A DNA stretch of 42,216 bases from Gemmatimonadota bacterium (GTDB lineage Bacteria > Latescibacterota > UBA2968 > UBA8231), in NCBI GenBank assembly GCA_038128265.1, contig JAYPJE010000010.1:52475-94690 (forward strand), written 5' to 3'. Shown here piece by piece: positions 26,804 to 35,364 of the stretch. The notes below the pieces were generated by a model. That model did not search any database and was not told the origin of the DNA. It saw only the letters and a list, made by a program, of their open reading frames with translations. Within the stretch, counting starts at the first letter, position 1, and every line of letters begins with the position of its first letter. The translations under genes and the position numbers were made by a program.

Positions 26804-27756
26804 CGCGGCAGGTATTGCTCCACCTCAGGGGCACGCCAATCCAACTGCTGGGCCGTGGTCTCATGTGGGGTAAAAGACTGCGCAACTTCCCTAATAGGCA
26901 CTCCCAACACCTCGATGCGCTCCAGGTCGCCGACGCCCAATTGCAGGACATCGGCGTAGTGCAGCAGGCCCAACTGCATCGGCTCAAAACCCATCGCCTT
27001 GCTCATGACCGCGTCGACGGCAAAGACGTCAGCCGAAGCAGCCGCCGCCCCCAACGCGACCACGTCCGTGCCTCCCGGACCATTGCCCTGTAGCCCAACG
27101 GTTCCGTCGACAATGCCAATATCGGCCTTGATAAACTGCGATAGACGCATCAGGTTGACGTTGAGCACCTGGGCCTCGTCGGGCAAAATGCGCTCAGGGT
27201 GCGAAGGAAAGCCGTGCATCCAGATGCGATCTTCTTTTTGCAAGGTGCCCATAATCATATTTTTCTGCGCCAGCGTCACCACGCAAACGTCGTGCGTCTT
27301 GGCCACCGCAACGGAAATGGTGCAGGGACAGTCGAGCACCGTCTTGGGCATGCGCACGGTGCGTTCCTCGCGGGTAGCCGTGTAGATGGTGGTCTCCTCC
27401 CATTCGGCCTCCCCGTTGAGGTCGACCAAGCGGATCGGCACATCGTACTCCTCCTGCAGGGCATGGTAACCAAAGTTTTTAAAGGCCTCCCCCGAATAGT
27501 TTTCGTTGCCTCCTTCGGCAATGACAATCTCGTCGGGCGGACGCGGCGCGGAGAGCAAAAAGTCAATCGCTCCGCGCATTGCATCGGCGTGGGTCGAAGC
27601 AAGCTGGTTTTCGCTGGATAGAAAGTTGGGCTTTAGCAGCACTTGCTCGCGTATCTTAGCCTCGACGTCGCTACGCACCCAGTCCAGTGCGCGGTAGACG
27701 TTGGCGCGGCGATCGTCGCCTTTTGCCAGACCGACGCGGCTTCTCGTATTGGCCAT
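26800..27756 (-). CDS. DUF362 domain protein
   Basis: VLLKPN, IAEG, VAKTH..VTLAQKN, IVDG..G..GNGP, DVFAVDAV. Confidence 0.85.
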   Translation of the reverse strand: MANTRSRVGLAKGDDRRANVYRALDWVRSDVEAKIREQVLLKPNFLSSENQLASTHADAMRGAIDFLLSAPRPPDEIVIAEGGNENYSGEAFKNFGYHALQEEYDVPIRLVDLNGEAEWEETTIYTATREERTVRMPKTVLDCPCTISVAVAKTHDVCVVTLAQKNMIMGTLQKEDRIWMHGFPSHPERILPDEAQVLNVNLMRLSQFIKADIGIVDGTVGLQGNGPGGTDVVALGAAAASADVFAVDAVMSKAMGFEPMQLGLLHYADVLQLGVGDLERIEVLGVPIREVAQSFTPHETTAQQLDWRAPEVEQYLPR

Positions 27757-27962
27757 GTTAAAACTCCTCTTATGAGATGTTCCAATGTAGCGATTGGCCG
27801 GAGGGTAATCAAACGCTCCGCCGGATCTCTCCCCCCTCTCTCAAGCGCATTTTGCGCTCCCATTTCAGTCCATACCGGGCTTGCCGGTTTGCCCAGGGTT
27901 GCCTATTAAATAGAATGCGCAAACGAGCAATCGGCCGCTTTTTCCACTAGCAGGGGAACACT

Positions 27963-29723
27963 ATGGACATCGTTAGCCTATCCACATTGGACTACGCCCT
28001 GATGGGAATCTACATGCTCTTCCTCATCGGCATGGGGCTATACTATCGGCGCTTTGCGCAGGAAAGCTTGGACAATTACTTCCTCGGCGGCCGCAAAATG
28101 AAAGGCTGGATGAACGGCACCAGCTATGCCGTCACCTGCATGAATGCCGACGTGGCCCCCGCCTACTGCGGCATGACGGTTATTACCGGCACCTTCATAT
28201 GCTGGTGGTACCTGAGTCGCTTTGGGCTGGCCCTGCTCATCGGCGGATTGCTCTTTGCCGCCTGCTGGCGCCGCCTGAAGATTTTCACCTCACCCGAGTT
28301 TTACGAACGGCGCTTTAGCGGTCCTGCTGCTTCGACCATGCGCGCTTGGGTATCGCTACGCAGCGCCTTTATCGCCGTTGTAGCCTGGACCGGCGCCGGC
28401 CTGCTCGGACTCACCAAAGTATCGGAGGTGCTGCTGGGCTGGTCCCGGGTGGAGACGTTCCTAGTCGCCATCCCCATCATCTTGCTCTACGTCGTGCTCT
28501 CGGGCTATATGGGCGTCGTCATGTCCGATATCGTGCAAACGGCTATTATGATCGGATCTTCCCTGGTATTGATGATCCTCGTCTGGAGTGACTTTGGCGG
28601 ACCGACCGGACTCTACCAAGCCCTGGTGACGCAGTTTGGCGAGGGCGTGGTCAGCTGGCATCCGCCCATGAGCCATGAGATGCTAGGTGTGATCGCCATC
28701 ATCGCCTGGACGGTGGGCACGGCCGTCGGCTACGGCGGCGACCTAGCGCCGATGGCCGGCGCCATGGAGGGACAGCGCCTGCTGTCTTGTCGCGACAGCC
28801 GCGAAGCAACCCGCATGTATGTCTGGACCGAGATAGTACTCTTCCTGATGCTGGCGATGCTGACGCTGCCCGCGCTGGGCGCTATGGTCAAATGGCCGGG
28901 ACTGCACGATGGCAGCATGGACAAGGAGCTGGCCTACGGCCTGCTGTTGGGCCACTACCTGCCCTCCGGCCTGCTCGGTTTATCGCTGGTGGCCCTATTT
29001 GCATCCATTATGTCGACCGTCGACTCCAATATGAACTTCGGCGCACAGGTCTTTATCAACGATATCTACCGGCGCTTTATCCAGCGCGGTGCCGAAACCG
29101 GACACTACATGAACGTCGGGCGCGCGGTAATGGTCGTTATCATGGGGCTTTCGTTGGCAGTAGCGCTCAAGGCGACCAACGTCATTGATATTGCCGTGTT
29201 TATGCTGGGTCTTTCCTCGGCAGAGCTGACCGCCAACTGGGGCCAGTGGTGGTGGTGGCGCTTTAATGGCCCGGCACGACTGGCCGCATCGTTCGGAGGT
29301 CCGCTGATTTTCCTGCTGAATAAATTTGTGATCTTTGCCCTGTGGATCGACGCCGGACAGGACGCGGCCTACATCATCGTGCTCAGCTCGATTGCCATGA
29401 CCTGTCTGCTGTGGATTACCGTTGCTCTATGGACCGAGCCGGAGCCCGAAGAAAAGCTGCTGAGCTTCTATAACGAGGCGCGTCCCATGGGCTGGTGGGG
29501 CCCCATCGCGCAAAAGGCCGGGGCCCCATCCGGCGGCGGCGCGCCCATTGCCCGCGGTCTGGGCACCGCGCTGCTGGGCGCCGTTGCCATTGGCGGCGGC
29601 ATCATCGGCCTTTCGGGCCTGTATGTAGGACGCTGGGAAGTAGCGCTGGTGGGAGGCGGAATGGCCCTTATTCTGGGTCTGGTCTTCCAACGCATCTACA
29701 CCGCCATCGCCCAACGGGGTTAG
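27963..29723 (+). CDS. Sodium:solute symporter family transporter
   Basis: YFLGGR, PEFYERRF, GVVMSDIVQ, QRLLS, LPSGLLGL, ASIMSTVDS and many transmembrane segments. Confidence 0.92.
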   Translation: MDIVSLSTLDYALMGIYMLFLIGMGLYYRRFAQESLDNYFLGGRKMKGWMNGTSYAVTCMNADVAPAYCGMTVITGTFICWWYLSRFGLALLIGGLLFAACWRRLKIFTSPEFYERRFSGPAASTMRAWVSLRSAFIAVVAWTGAGLLGLTKVSEVLLGWSRVETFLVAIPIILLYVVLSGYMGVVMSDIVQTAIMIGSSLVLMILVWSDFGGPTGLYQALVTQFGEGVVSWHPPMSHEMLGVIAIIAWTVGTAVGYGGDLAPMAGAMEGQRLLSCRDSREATRMYVWTEIVLFLMLAMLTLPALGAMVKWPGLHDGSMDKELAYGLLLGHYLPSGLLGLSLVALFASIMSTVDSNMNFGAQVFINDIYRRFIQRGAETGHYMNVGRAVMVVIMGLSLAVALKATNVIDIAVFMLGLSSAELTANWGQWWWWRFNGPARLAASFGGPLIFLLNKFVIFALWIDAGQDAAYIIVLSSIAMTCLLWITVALWTEPEPEEKLLSFYNEARPMGWWGPIAQKAGAPSGGGAPIARGLGTALLGAVAIGGGIIGLSGLYVGRWEVALVGGGMALILGLVFQRIYTAIAQRG

Positions 29724-29758
29724 CGGGCACGGCACAGCGCGCGACGGGCTGCCAACGC

Positions 29759-31141
29759 ATGCGACTCCGCTTTGAAGAAGGCACGCTGGTGCTGCGCGAC
29801 TACTGCGATCAGGAGGTGCCAAGCCCCTTTGTCTGGGACGCGCGCGTCGATCTCTACCGAGCTCAGGCACATTTTTACCGCGATGCCATCGCGTTTTTTC
29901 GCGCGCGCGATATCGCCGTAGACAACGCAGCCCCCCGCTATCGGACCCTAGACCTCTCTCTCGGACAAACCCCTGCGCTCCATCCCCACCAGCGCGAAAG
30001 CCTGGACGCCTGGGAACAGCATCAACGCCGCGGCATCGTCGTATTGCCCACCGGCGCGGGCAAATCGCTCGTAGCCCTGCACGTGCTCCAGTCCGTTCAA
30101 CGCAGTGCGCTAGTCGTCGTGCCAACTATTGATCTAATGAACCAGTGGTACGACCTCCTAACCCAGAGCTTCTCCTGCCCGATCGGTCTCCTCGGTGGCG
30201 GCTACCACGAGCTGGCCGACCTCACCGTCAGCACCTACGATAGCGCCTATATGCACATGGAACGCTACGGTAACCGCTTCGGCCTGCTCGTCTACGACGA
30301 AGTGCACCACCTGCCCGGCGAAATGTACAGCCACAGTGCCGAAATGAGCATTGCGCCCTATCGCCTGGGGCTGACGGCCACTCCCGAGCGATCCGATGGG
30401 CGGCACGTCCTGCTCGACGCCCTCGTCGGCCCCATTGCCTACGAAAAGGGCATCCGCCCGCTGTCGGGCGAATACCTATCCGAGTACCGCATCGAGCGGC
30501 GCCAAGTAGACATGGTAGCCGAAGAGCGCGTCGCGTACGAAGCAGCCCGACAAACCTACCGCGAATTTCTCGAGGAAAAGAACATCCGCATGGGCACGAA
30601 GAATGGCTGGCGACGCTTTGTCCAGCTGTCTTCGACCTCGAGCGCAGGACGCCGCGCTATGCTGGCCTACCGCACCCATCGCCAACTGGCTCTCGGCACG
30701 ACGGCCAAGCTGCGCGTGCTGGAGGATATACTCAAATCCCATCCGCGCGATCGCGTGCTGGTCTTTGCCAACGACAACCAGACCGTTTACCAGATCGCGC
30801 GCCAGTTTCTCGTGCCGGCTATCACCCACCAGACGCGCACTAAAGAGCGCAAACACATATTGGAGAAATTCAATCGCGGCGACTACCTAGCGCTGGTGAC
30901 CTCCAAAGTGCTCAACGAGGGGGTCAATATGCCCGAAGCCAACGTCGCCGTCGTGCTGTCGGGCTCGGCCACGATCCGCGAGCACGTGCAGCGACTCGGC
31001 CGCATCCTACGCCGTCGCCAGGGCAAGCGAGCCATTCTCTATGAAGTCATATCTTCCAATACCGTAGAAGAGCGCATGAGCGAGCGCCGCGGCCGTCACG
31101 AAGCCTATAATGCGCAGAGCGAAGAAGAACGCGCCTCCTGA
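29759..31141 (+). CDS. XPB/Rad25-like superfamily 2 DNA helicase
   Basis: LPTGAGKS, VVVPT, DEVHH, LGLTATPER, LNEGVNMP, QRLGRILR. Start ATG 29759 (MRLRFEEGTL). Confidence 0.9.
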   Translation: MRLRFEEGTLVLRDYCDQEVPSPFVWDARVDLYRAQAHFYRDAIAFFRARDIAVDNAAPRYRTLDLSLGQTPALHPHQRESLDAWEQHQRRGIVVLPTGAGKSLVALHVLQSVQRSALVVVPTIDLMNQWYDLLTQSFSCPIGLLGGGYHELADLTVSTYDSAYMHMERYGNRFGLLVYDEVHHLPGEMYSHSAEMSIAPYRLGLTATPERSDGRHVLLDALVGPIAYEKGIRPLSGEYLSEYRIERRQVDMVAEERVAYEAARQTYREFLEEKNIRMGTKNGWRRFVQLSSTSSAGRRAMLAYRTHRQLALGTTAKLRVLEDILKSHPRDRVLVFANDNQTVYQIARQFLVPAITHQTRTKERKHILEKFNRGDYLALVTSKVLNEGVNMPEANVAVVLSGSATIREHVQRLGRILRRRQGKRAILYEVISSNTVEERMSERRGRHEAYNAQSEEERAS

Positions 31142-31161
31142 ATTCTGAGCTCAATCATCCC

Positions 31162-32385
31162 ATGCTGACATCCGACCTACTGCTCACCCGCGCGCGCGGC
31201 CCCTATATCACGCCGTGCTACATCGACGTCGGCGACGAAAAGTTTATCGAGTTGGCCGACGGGCTCATCGGCCTCTTCCAAGCGCACGAAGGGCAGACCC
31301 GCGGCCGGCTCAGCGCCGCACTCGACGCACACCAGGGGGATCGCACGGACTATCGCATACAGCGGGGCCTCAACAAGCTGCTGCTCGACGACCACTGCGA
31401 GTTCCACATCGATGGCCCCATCCCCGCCGACCAACTGCGCGACGAAGTGTTTTCCTTTGCGCGCGAAAACCACCCCATCGTGTGCGAACCAGGTCCCATT
31501 TATCCCACCACAGCCGCACATGTGCTGGAGCACGTGGCGCTCAAATACCAGGTCTCCCGCGAAGAAATCGAGCGCGGGCTCTACGCAGACCTACCGGAGA
31601 ACCACCTGCTATCCACCTTCACCGCGCCCGATGCCAACCAGCTGCTCAACCGATACAACGTCGCCCTAGCCCAAGCGATGCTTTACCGCTGTGAAGTGCT
31701 CTATCTGAGCGTATTTAAAAACCTGCCGCACCGCTACAAACAGCTCTTTAAGTTCATTAAGTTTTATCGCCTTATTCACGCGATTGAAGGCGACGTCGAT
31801 GCGGGCTATGAAATTACCCTCGACGGACCTGTTAGCCTCTTTCGCCACTCGCAAAAATACGGCCTGCAAATGGCCGTTTTCCTGCCCGCTCTGCTGCTGT
31901 GCACGCGCTGGTCCATGCGCGCTGACATCCTGCGCAAAGACGGCCGGAGACAGCAGTTTATCCTCGATGACAAGAGCCCGCTCGTCTCGCACTACCGCGA
32001 TCAGACGCTTTACGACTCGCTGCTCGAGGAAACCTTTGCCGCACGCTTTGCCAAGACCAAGACGCCATGGCGCATGGAGCGCGAGAGCGAGATCATCAAC
32101 CTCAAAGAGACCGTGATGATACCCGATTTTACTTTTCAACACCCCGACGGCCGCACCGGCCTGCTCGAAATCGTCGGCTATTGGCGCCCCGAGTATCTGC
32201 GCCGCAAACTGGAAAAGCTGCGCCGGGCCGGGCGCCGCGATCTCATCATCGCCATATCCAGCCGGCTCAACGTCAGCCAAGACGACCTACGAGACGTGCC
32301 CGGCGAGGCATTCTTCTTTGCAGAACGCATTCAGCCGCGCGACGTGTTGGCCTGCTTGGAACGCATCCCTGCGCGATCCTCCTAG
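31162..32385 (+). CDS. DUF790 family endonuclease (Bax1-like)
   Basis: MLTSDLL, LYADL, YNVALAQAMLY, LDGPVSLF..SQKYG...A.FLPALL, IPDF...LEIVGYWRPEYL. Confidence 0.88.
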   Translation: MLTSDLLLTRARGPYITPCYIDVGDEKFIELADGLIGLFQAHEGQTRGRLSAALDAHQGDRTDYRIQRGLNKLLLDDHCEFHIDGPIPADQLRDEVFSFARENHPIVCEPGPIYPTTAAHVLEHVALKYQVSREEIERGLYADLPENHLLSTFTAPDANQLLNRYNVALAQAMLYRCEVLYLSVFKNLPHRYKQLFKFIKFYRLIHAIEGDVDAGYEITLDGPVSLFRHSQKYGLQMAVFLPALLLCTRWSMRADILRKDGRRQQFILDDKSPLVSHYRDQTLYDSLLEETFAARFAKTKTPWRMERESEIINLKETVMIPDFTFQHPDGRTGLLEIVGYWRPEYLRRKLEKLRRAGRRDLIIAISSRLNVSQDDLRDVPGEAFFFAERIQPRDVLACLERIPARSS

Positions 32386-32426
32386 CGGCCGAGCAGATCC
32401 CTGTGATTACCCGGTTTTCAGATGCG

Positions 32427-33305
32427 TTGACGAAAACAGACCTCTTCTCCCTGCGCGGACTCTTTCTCTCGCTATCGCTTGCACTGAGCGCCCCATGCCA
32501 GGCCGAAATCCTGACCTTGACGCCGAGCAAGGACAATACGCTCTATGAGAGCAGCGATGGCTCGTTGAGTAACGGCATCGGCTTCTATCTCTTTGTCGGC
32601 GCCACGGCCGACAACGGCAACCGGCGCGCCCTGCTGCACTTTGATCTGTCGGCCATTCCACGCGGATCGATCCTGCGCAGCGCCGAATTGACCCTCTACA
32701 TGGACAAGAGCAACGCCGGTGCTACGACCATTGGCACCCATGTAGTGTTGGCCGACTGGGGCGAGGGAACGTCGGCCGGTGCACGCGGTGAGGGCCTGGG
32801 AGGAAGCGCTTCCAGCGGCGATGCAACCTGGATGCACACATTTTATCCCAATACGAGCTGGTCTCAACCAGGCGGCGATTTCACCCCAGCGCCTAGCGCC
32901 ATACAGGACGTCGATGGCATCGGCTCCTATAGCTGGACAGGCGATCCACTTCGGGCCGACGTACAGCACTGGATCGACCATCCGGAACAACATTTCGGCT
33001 GGATTCTTTTAGGCACCGAAGGGCCGACGGCGACAGCCAAGCGCTTTATCAGCGGAGACTCGATCGATTCGCTGCGCCATCCCACCCTGCACATCGACTA
33101 CGGACCCCCTCCCTCCCCCACCCTGCGCGGTGATTTCAACGACGATGGGACGGTAGACTTCGATGATTTCTTCGCCTTTACCGACCACTTTGGCCTTACA
33201 TTCGACGATCCTAATTGGGATTCCATCTATGATCTAGACGGCGATTCCGATACTGATTTCGACGATTTCTTCGTCTTTGCCGATCTTTATGGGACCCGTA
33301 GGTGA
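32427..33305 (+). CDS. Secreted DNRLRE-like domain protein with C-terminal dockerin/EF-hand-like module
   Basis: Signal-like N-terminus (LFLSLSLALSAPCQA), KDNTLYE, RRALLHFDLSAIP, W.EG, W..PGGDF; C-terminal GDFNDDGTVDFDDFF...YDLDGDSDTDFDDFF. Start is TTG 32427 or GTG 32403. Confidence 0.72.
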   Translation: MTKTDLFSLRGLFLSLSLALSAPCQAEILTLTPSKDNTLYESSDGSLSNGIGFYLFVGATADNGNRRALLHFDLSAIPRGSILRSAELTLYMDKSNAGATTIGTHVVLADWGEGTSAGARGEGLGGSASSGDATWMHTFYPNTSWSQPGGDFTPAPSAIQDVDGIGSYSWTGDPLRADVQHWIDHPEQHFGWILLGTEGPTATAKRFISGDSIDSLRHPTLHIDYGPPPSPTLRGDFNDDGTVDFDDFFAFTDHFGLTFDDPNWDSIYDLDGDSDTDFDDFFVFADLYGTRR

Positions 33306-33360
33306 TGTACCATAACCACCTATCCAACAGCTAGTTAGTGTTTTTTTATTTCCACGCCGT

Positions 33361-33389
33361 TTGTATATATCAGTAAATCTTGATATACT
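33361..33389 (+). promoter_or_regulatory. Sigma-70-like promoter overlapped by a palindromic operator
   Basis: TTGTAT-N17-TATACT, with inverted repeat TATATCA-N8-TGATATA at 33366-33387. Confidence 0.65.
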
Positions 33390-33457
33390 TATACTGAGTT
33401 TAAAGCCAAACGCGTTTGACGCCGCTTCTATCCGCAGCACACCGAGAGATTTGCGCT

Positions 33458-35356
33458 ATGTCCCTTTTCCTTGAACACCTGCAACGGGCCCCCCTGCTGG
33501 CCGATGGCGCGATGGGTTCGCTGCTCTTTGAGCGCACGGGTCGCCTATCCGAACAAAACCACCAGTATGAAACGTTCAACAGCGATCATCCCGATATCGT
33601 GCGCCAGGTCCATTTGGAATACCTGCAGGCCGGCGCGCGCATCCTCACGACCAACACCTTTGCGGCGAACCCGACCCAATTAGCCGCGCACGGTCAGGCA
33701 GAGCGCGTGGGTGAAATCAATAGACGAGGCGTGGCTTTGGCACGCGAGGCCGTTGAACTTTTCACCAGCCAAAGGGGCGGGGGCGAACCGTTTTTTGTGC
33801 TTGGCTCCATCGGGCCAACGCAAGATATGCGCGAAACGCCTGGGGAAGCCCGCAGCATCTATCGACCACAGATCGAGGCGCTCACCGCCGCCGGTGCCGA
33901 TGCGCTCTTGCTGGAAACCTTCTCTTCGCTGCTGCACGTCAGCGCCGTCCTTGAGATCATACGGGAGCTGCCTCAACCCATTCCAGTGGTCGTGCATATG
34001 GCGCTACACCAGCGCCCCGACGGCACCTGGGACCTCGACCCCCTGCTCTTTGCCAGAACCGCTGCCGATCTCGGCGCCGACGTCATCGGCGTCAACTGCT
34101 GTGCGCCTTGGGAAGCGCGCGCCTTCTTAGAAAGCGTGTCTACGCTCGAGTCCGTTCAAGCACAGCGCATTGGTCTATCGCTTATGCCCAATGGGGGTGA
34201 TTTTCAGCGCATCGGCCACCGCTACCTGACGGGCGTCAACCCCGAATCTATGGGTCGCTTTGCGCGCGAGGCCGCCCAGCGCGGCGTGCGCCTACTCGGT
34301 GGTTGCTGCGATGTGCACCCCCCCCATATCAACGAGATGCACAACTATCTGCGCAGCCTCGGCAGGGCGCGGGTGCAAACACAGGTAGAATGGGACGGCG
34401 CACTCGAACCGACCCCGCGCCATACTAAGCGGGACAACGGACCCTTTTCGCGCAAGATTTTTAGCGGCGAATTCGCCGTCAGTGTCGAAATGCTGCCTTC
34501 GCGCGGCACCGGCGGCATTGGCACACGCCTATCTTTTATTGAGGAACTGGCCGCCACGGGTCTAGTTGATGCACTCGACTTAACCGACGGATCGCGCGGC
34601 ATCCCGCTCATGCCTCCGGGCGATTTTATTCATCTGATTCGTCGCCGACTCAACTGGGGTCCGAGCGACCCCCTCGAACTCATACCGCACTTCACCCTGC
34701 GCGACCTCAATACAATGGGACTGCAGAGCCGGCTGATCGGCTACTGGGCTAATGCGATCCACAACGTCCTACTCATCACGGGCGACCCGCCTAAAATGTC
34801 GCCGACCTACCCCCGCTCCAGCGCCGTCTTTGACATGGACTCAGCTGCGCTGATTCGCTATGTGCAGCATCATCTTAACGCTGGAATCGATTTTGGGGGC
34901 CATCCGCTAGGCACGCATAAGAACCCGCGCACGCGCTTCACCGTTGGCACCGGATTTGAGCCCGAAGCGCTCGATAGGGACCGCGAAGTTGAAAAGCTAC
35001 AGCGCAAGCTAGAGGCTGGAGTCGATTACGTTATGACCCAACCCGTCTTTGACCACGCTGCCCTCGGCGCCCTTTCGCCCTTTCGCGACCGAGCGGCCAT
35101 GCTGGTTGGCGTCCTCGTACTAACTAGCCTTGACCACGCGCGGCGCATGGCATCTGTGCCCGGCGTAGTGGTGCCCAACGCAGTCTTTGCGCAGTTGGAA
35201 CGCTATGAGCAGGCGGAAGATCAGGCTGCGGCCGGAGCGGAACTGGCCGCCGAGCAGGTGCAGTGGATACGAAAGGAGGGGTGGGACGGCCTCTATTTAA
35301 TGTCCCCGGCTTCACACAGCCGGATTATCGATGTGCTGCGGAGCGGTCTGGCATAA
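33458..35356 (+). CDS. yitJ: Bifunctional homocysteine S-methyltransferase / methylenetetrahydrofolate reductase (YitJ-like)
   Basis: LADGAMGS, TNTF, GSIGP, LLETF, GVNC, GGCC (Zn ligands), then a MetF-like domain (TDGSRG, RDLN..GLQS, ITGDPP, MTQPVFD). Confidence 0.9.
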   Translation: MSLFLEHLQRAPLLADGAMGSLLFERTGRLSEQNHQYETFNSDHPDIVRQVHLEYLQAGARILTTNTFAANPTQLAAHGQAERVGEINRRGVALAREAVELFTSQRGGGEPFFVLGSIGPTQDMRETPGEARSIYRPQIEALTAAGADALLLETFSSLLHVSAVLEIIRELPQPIPVVVHMALHQRPDGTWDLDPLLFARTAADLGADVIGVNCCAPWEARAFLESVSTLESVQAQRIGLSLMPNGGDFQRIGHRYLTGVNPESMGRFAREAAQRGVRLLGGCCDVHPPHINEMHNYLRSLGRARVQTQVEWDGALEPTPRHTKRDNGPFSRKIFSGEFAVSVEMLPSRGTGGIGTRLSFIEELAATGLVDALDLTDGSRGIPLMPPGDFIHLIRRRLNWGPSDPLELIPHFTLRDLNTMGLQSRLIGYWANAIHNVLLITGDPPKMSPTYPRSSAVFDMDSAALIRYVQHHLNAGIDFGGHPLGTHKNPRTRFTVGTGFEPEALDRDREVEKLQRKLEAGVDYVMTQPVFDHAALGALSPFRDRAAMLVGVLVLTSLDHARRMASVPGVVVPNAVFAQLERYEQAEDQAAAGAELAAEQVQWIRKEGWDGLYLMSPASHSRIIDVLRSGLA

Positions 35357-35364
35357 CGCAGCAC

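Noticed and set aside
29495..29758. Long N-terminal extensions in the ORF track (helicase here; also 32067, 11993, 13444, 16740, 22658, 37745)
   Set aside because: Most overlap neighbouring genes or are low-complexity Arg/Ala-rich sequence. Downstream starts fit the family N-termini and RBS or stop-start coupling better.
33390..33457. SAM-I riboswitch upstream of the YitJ-like gene
   Set aside because: The leader is only about 60 nt and lacks the conserved S-box core. A DNA palindrome explains regulation better.
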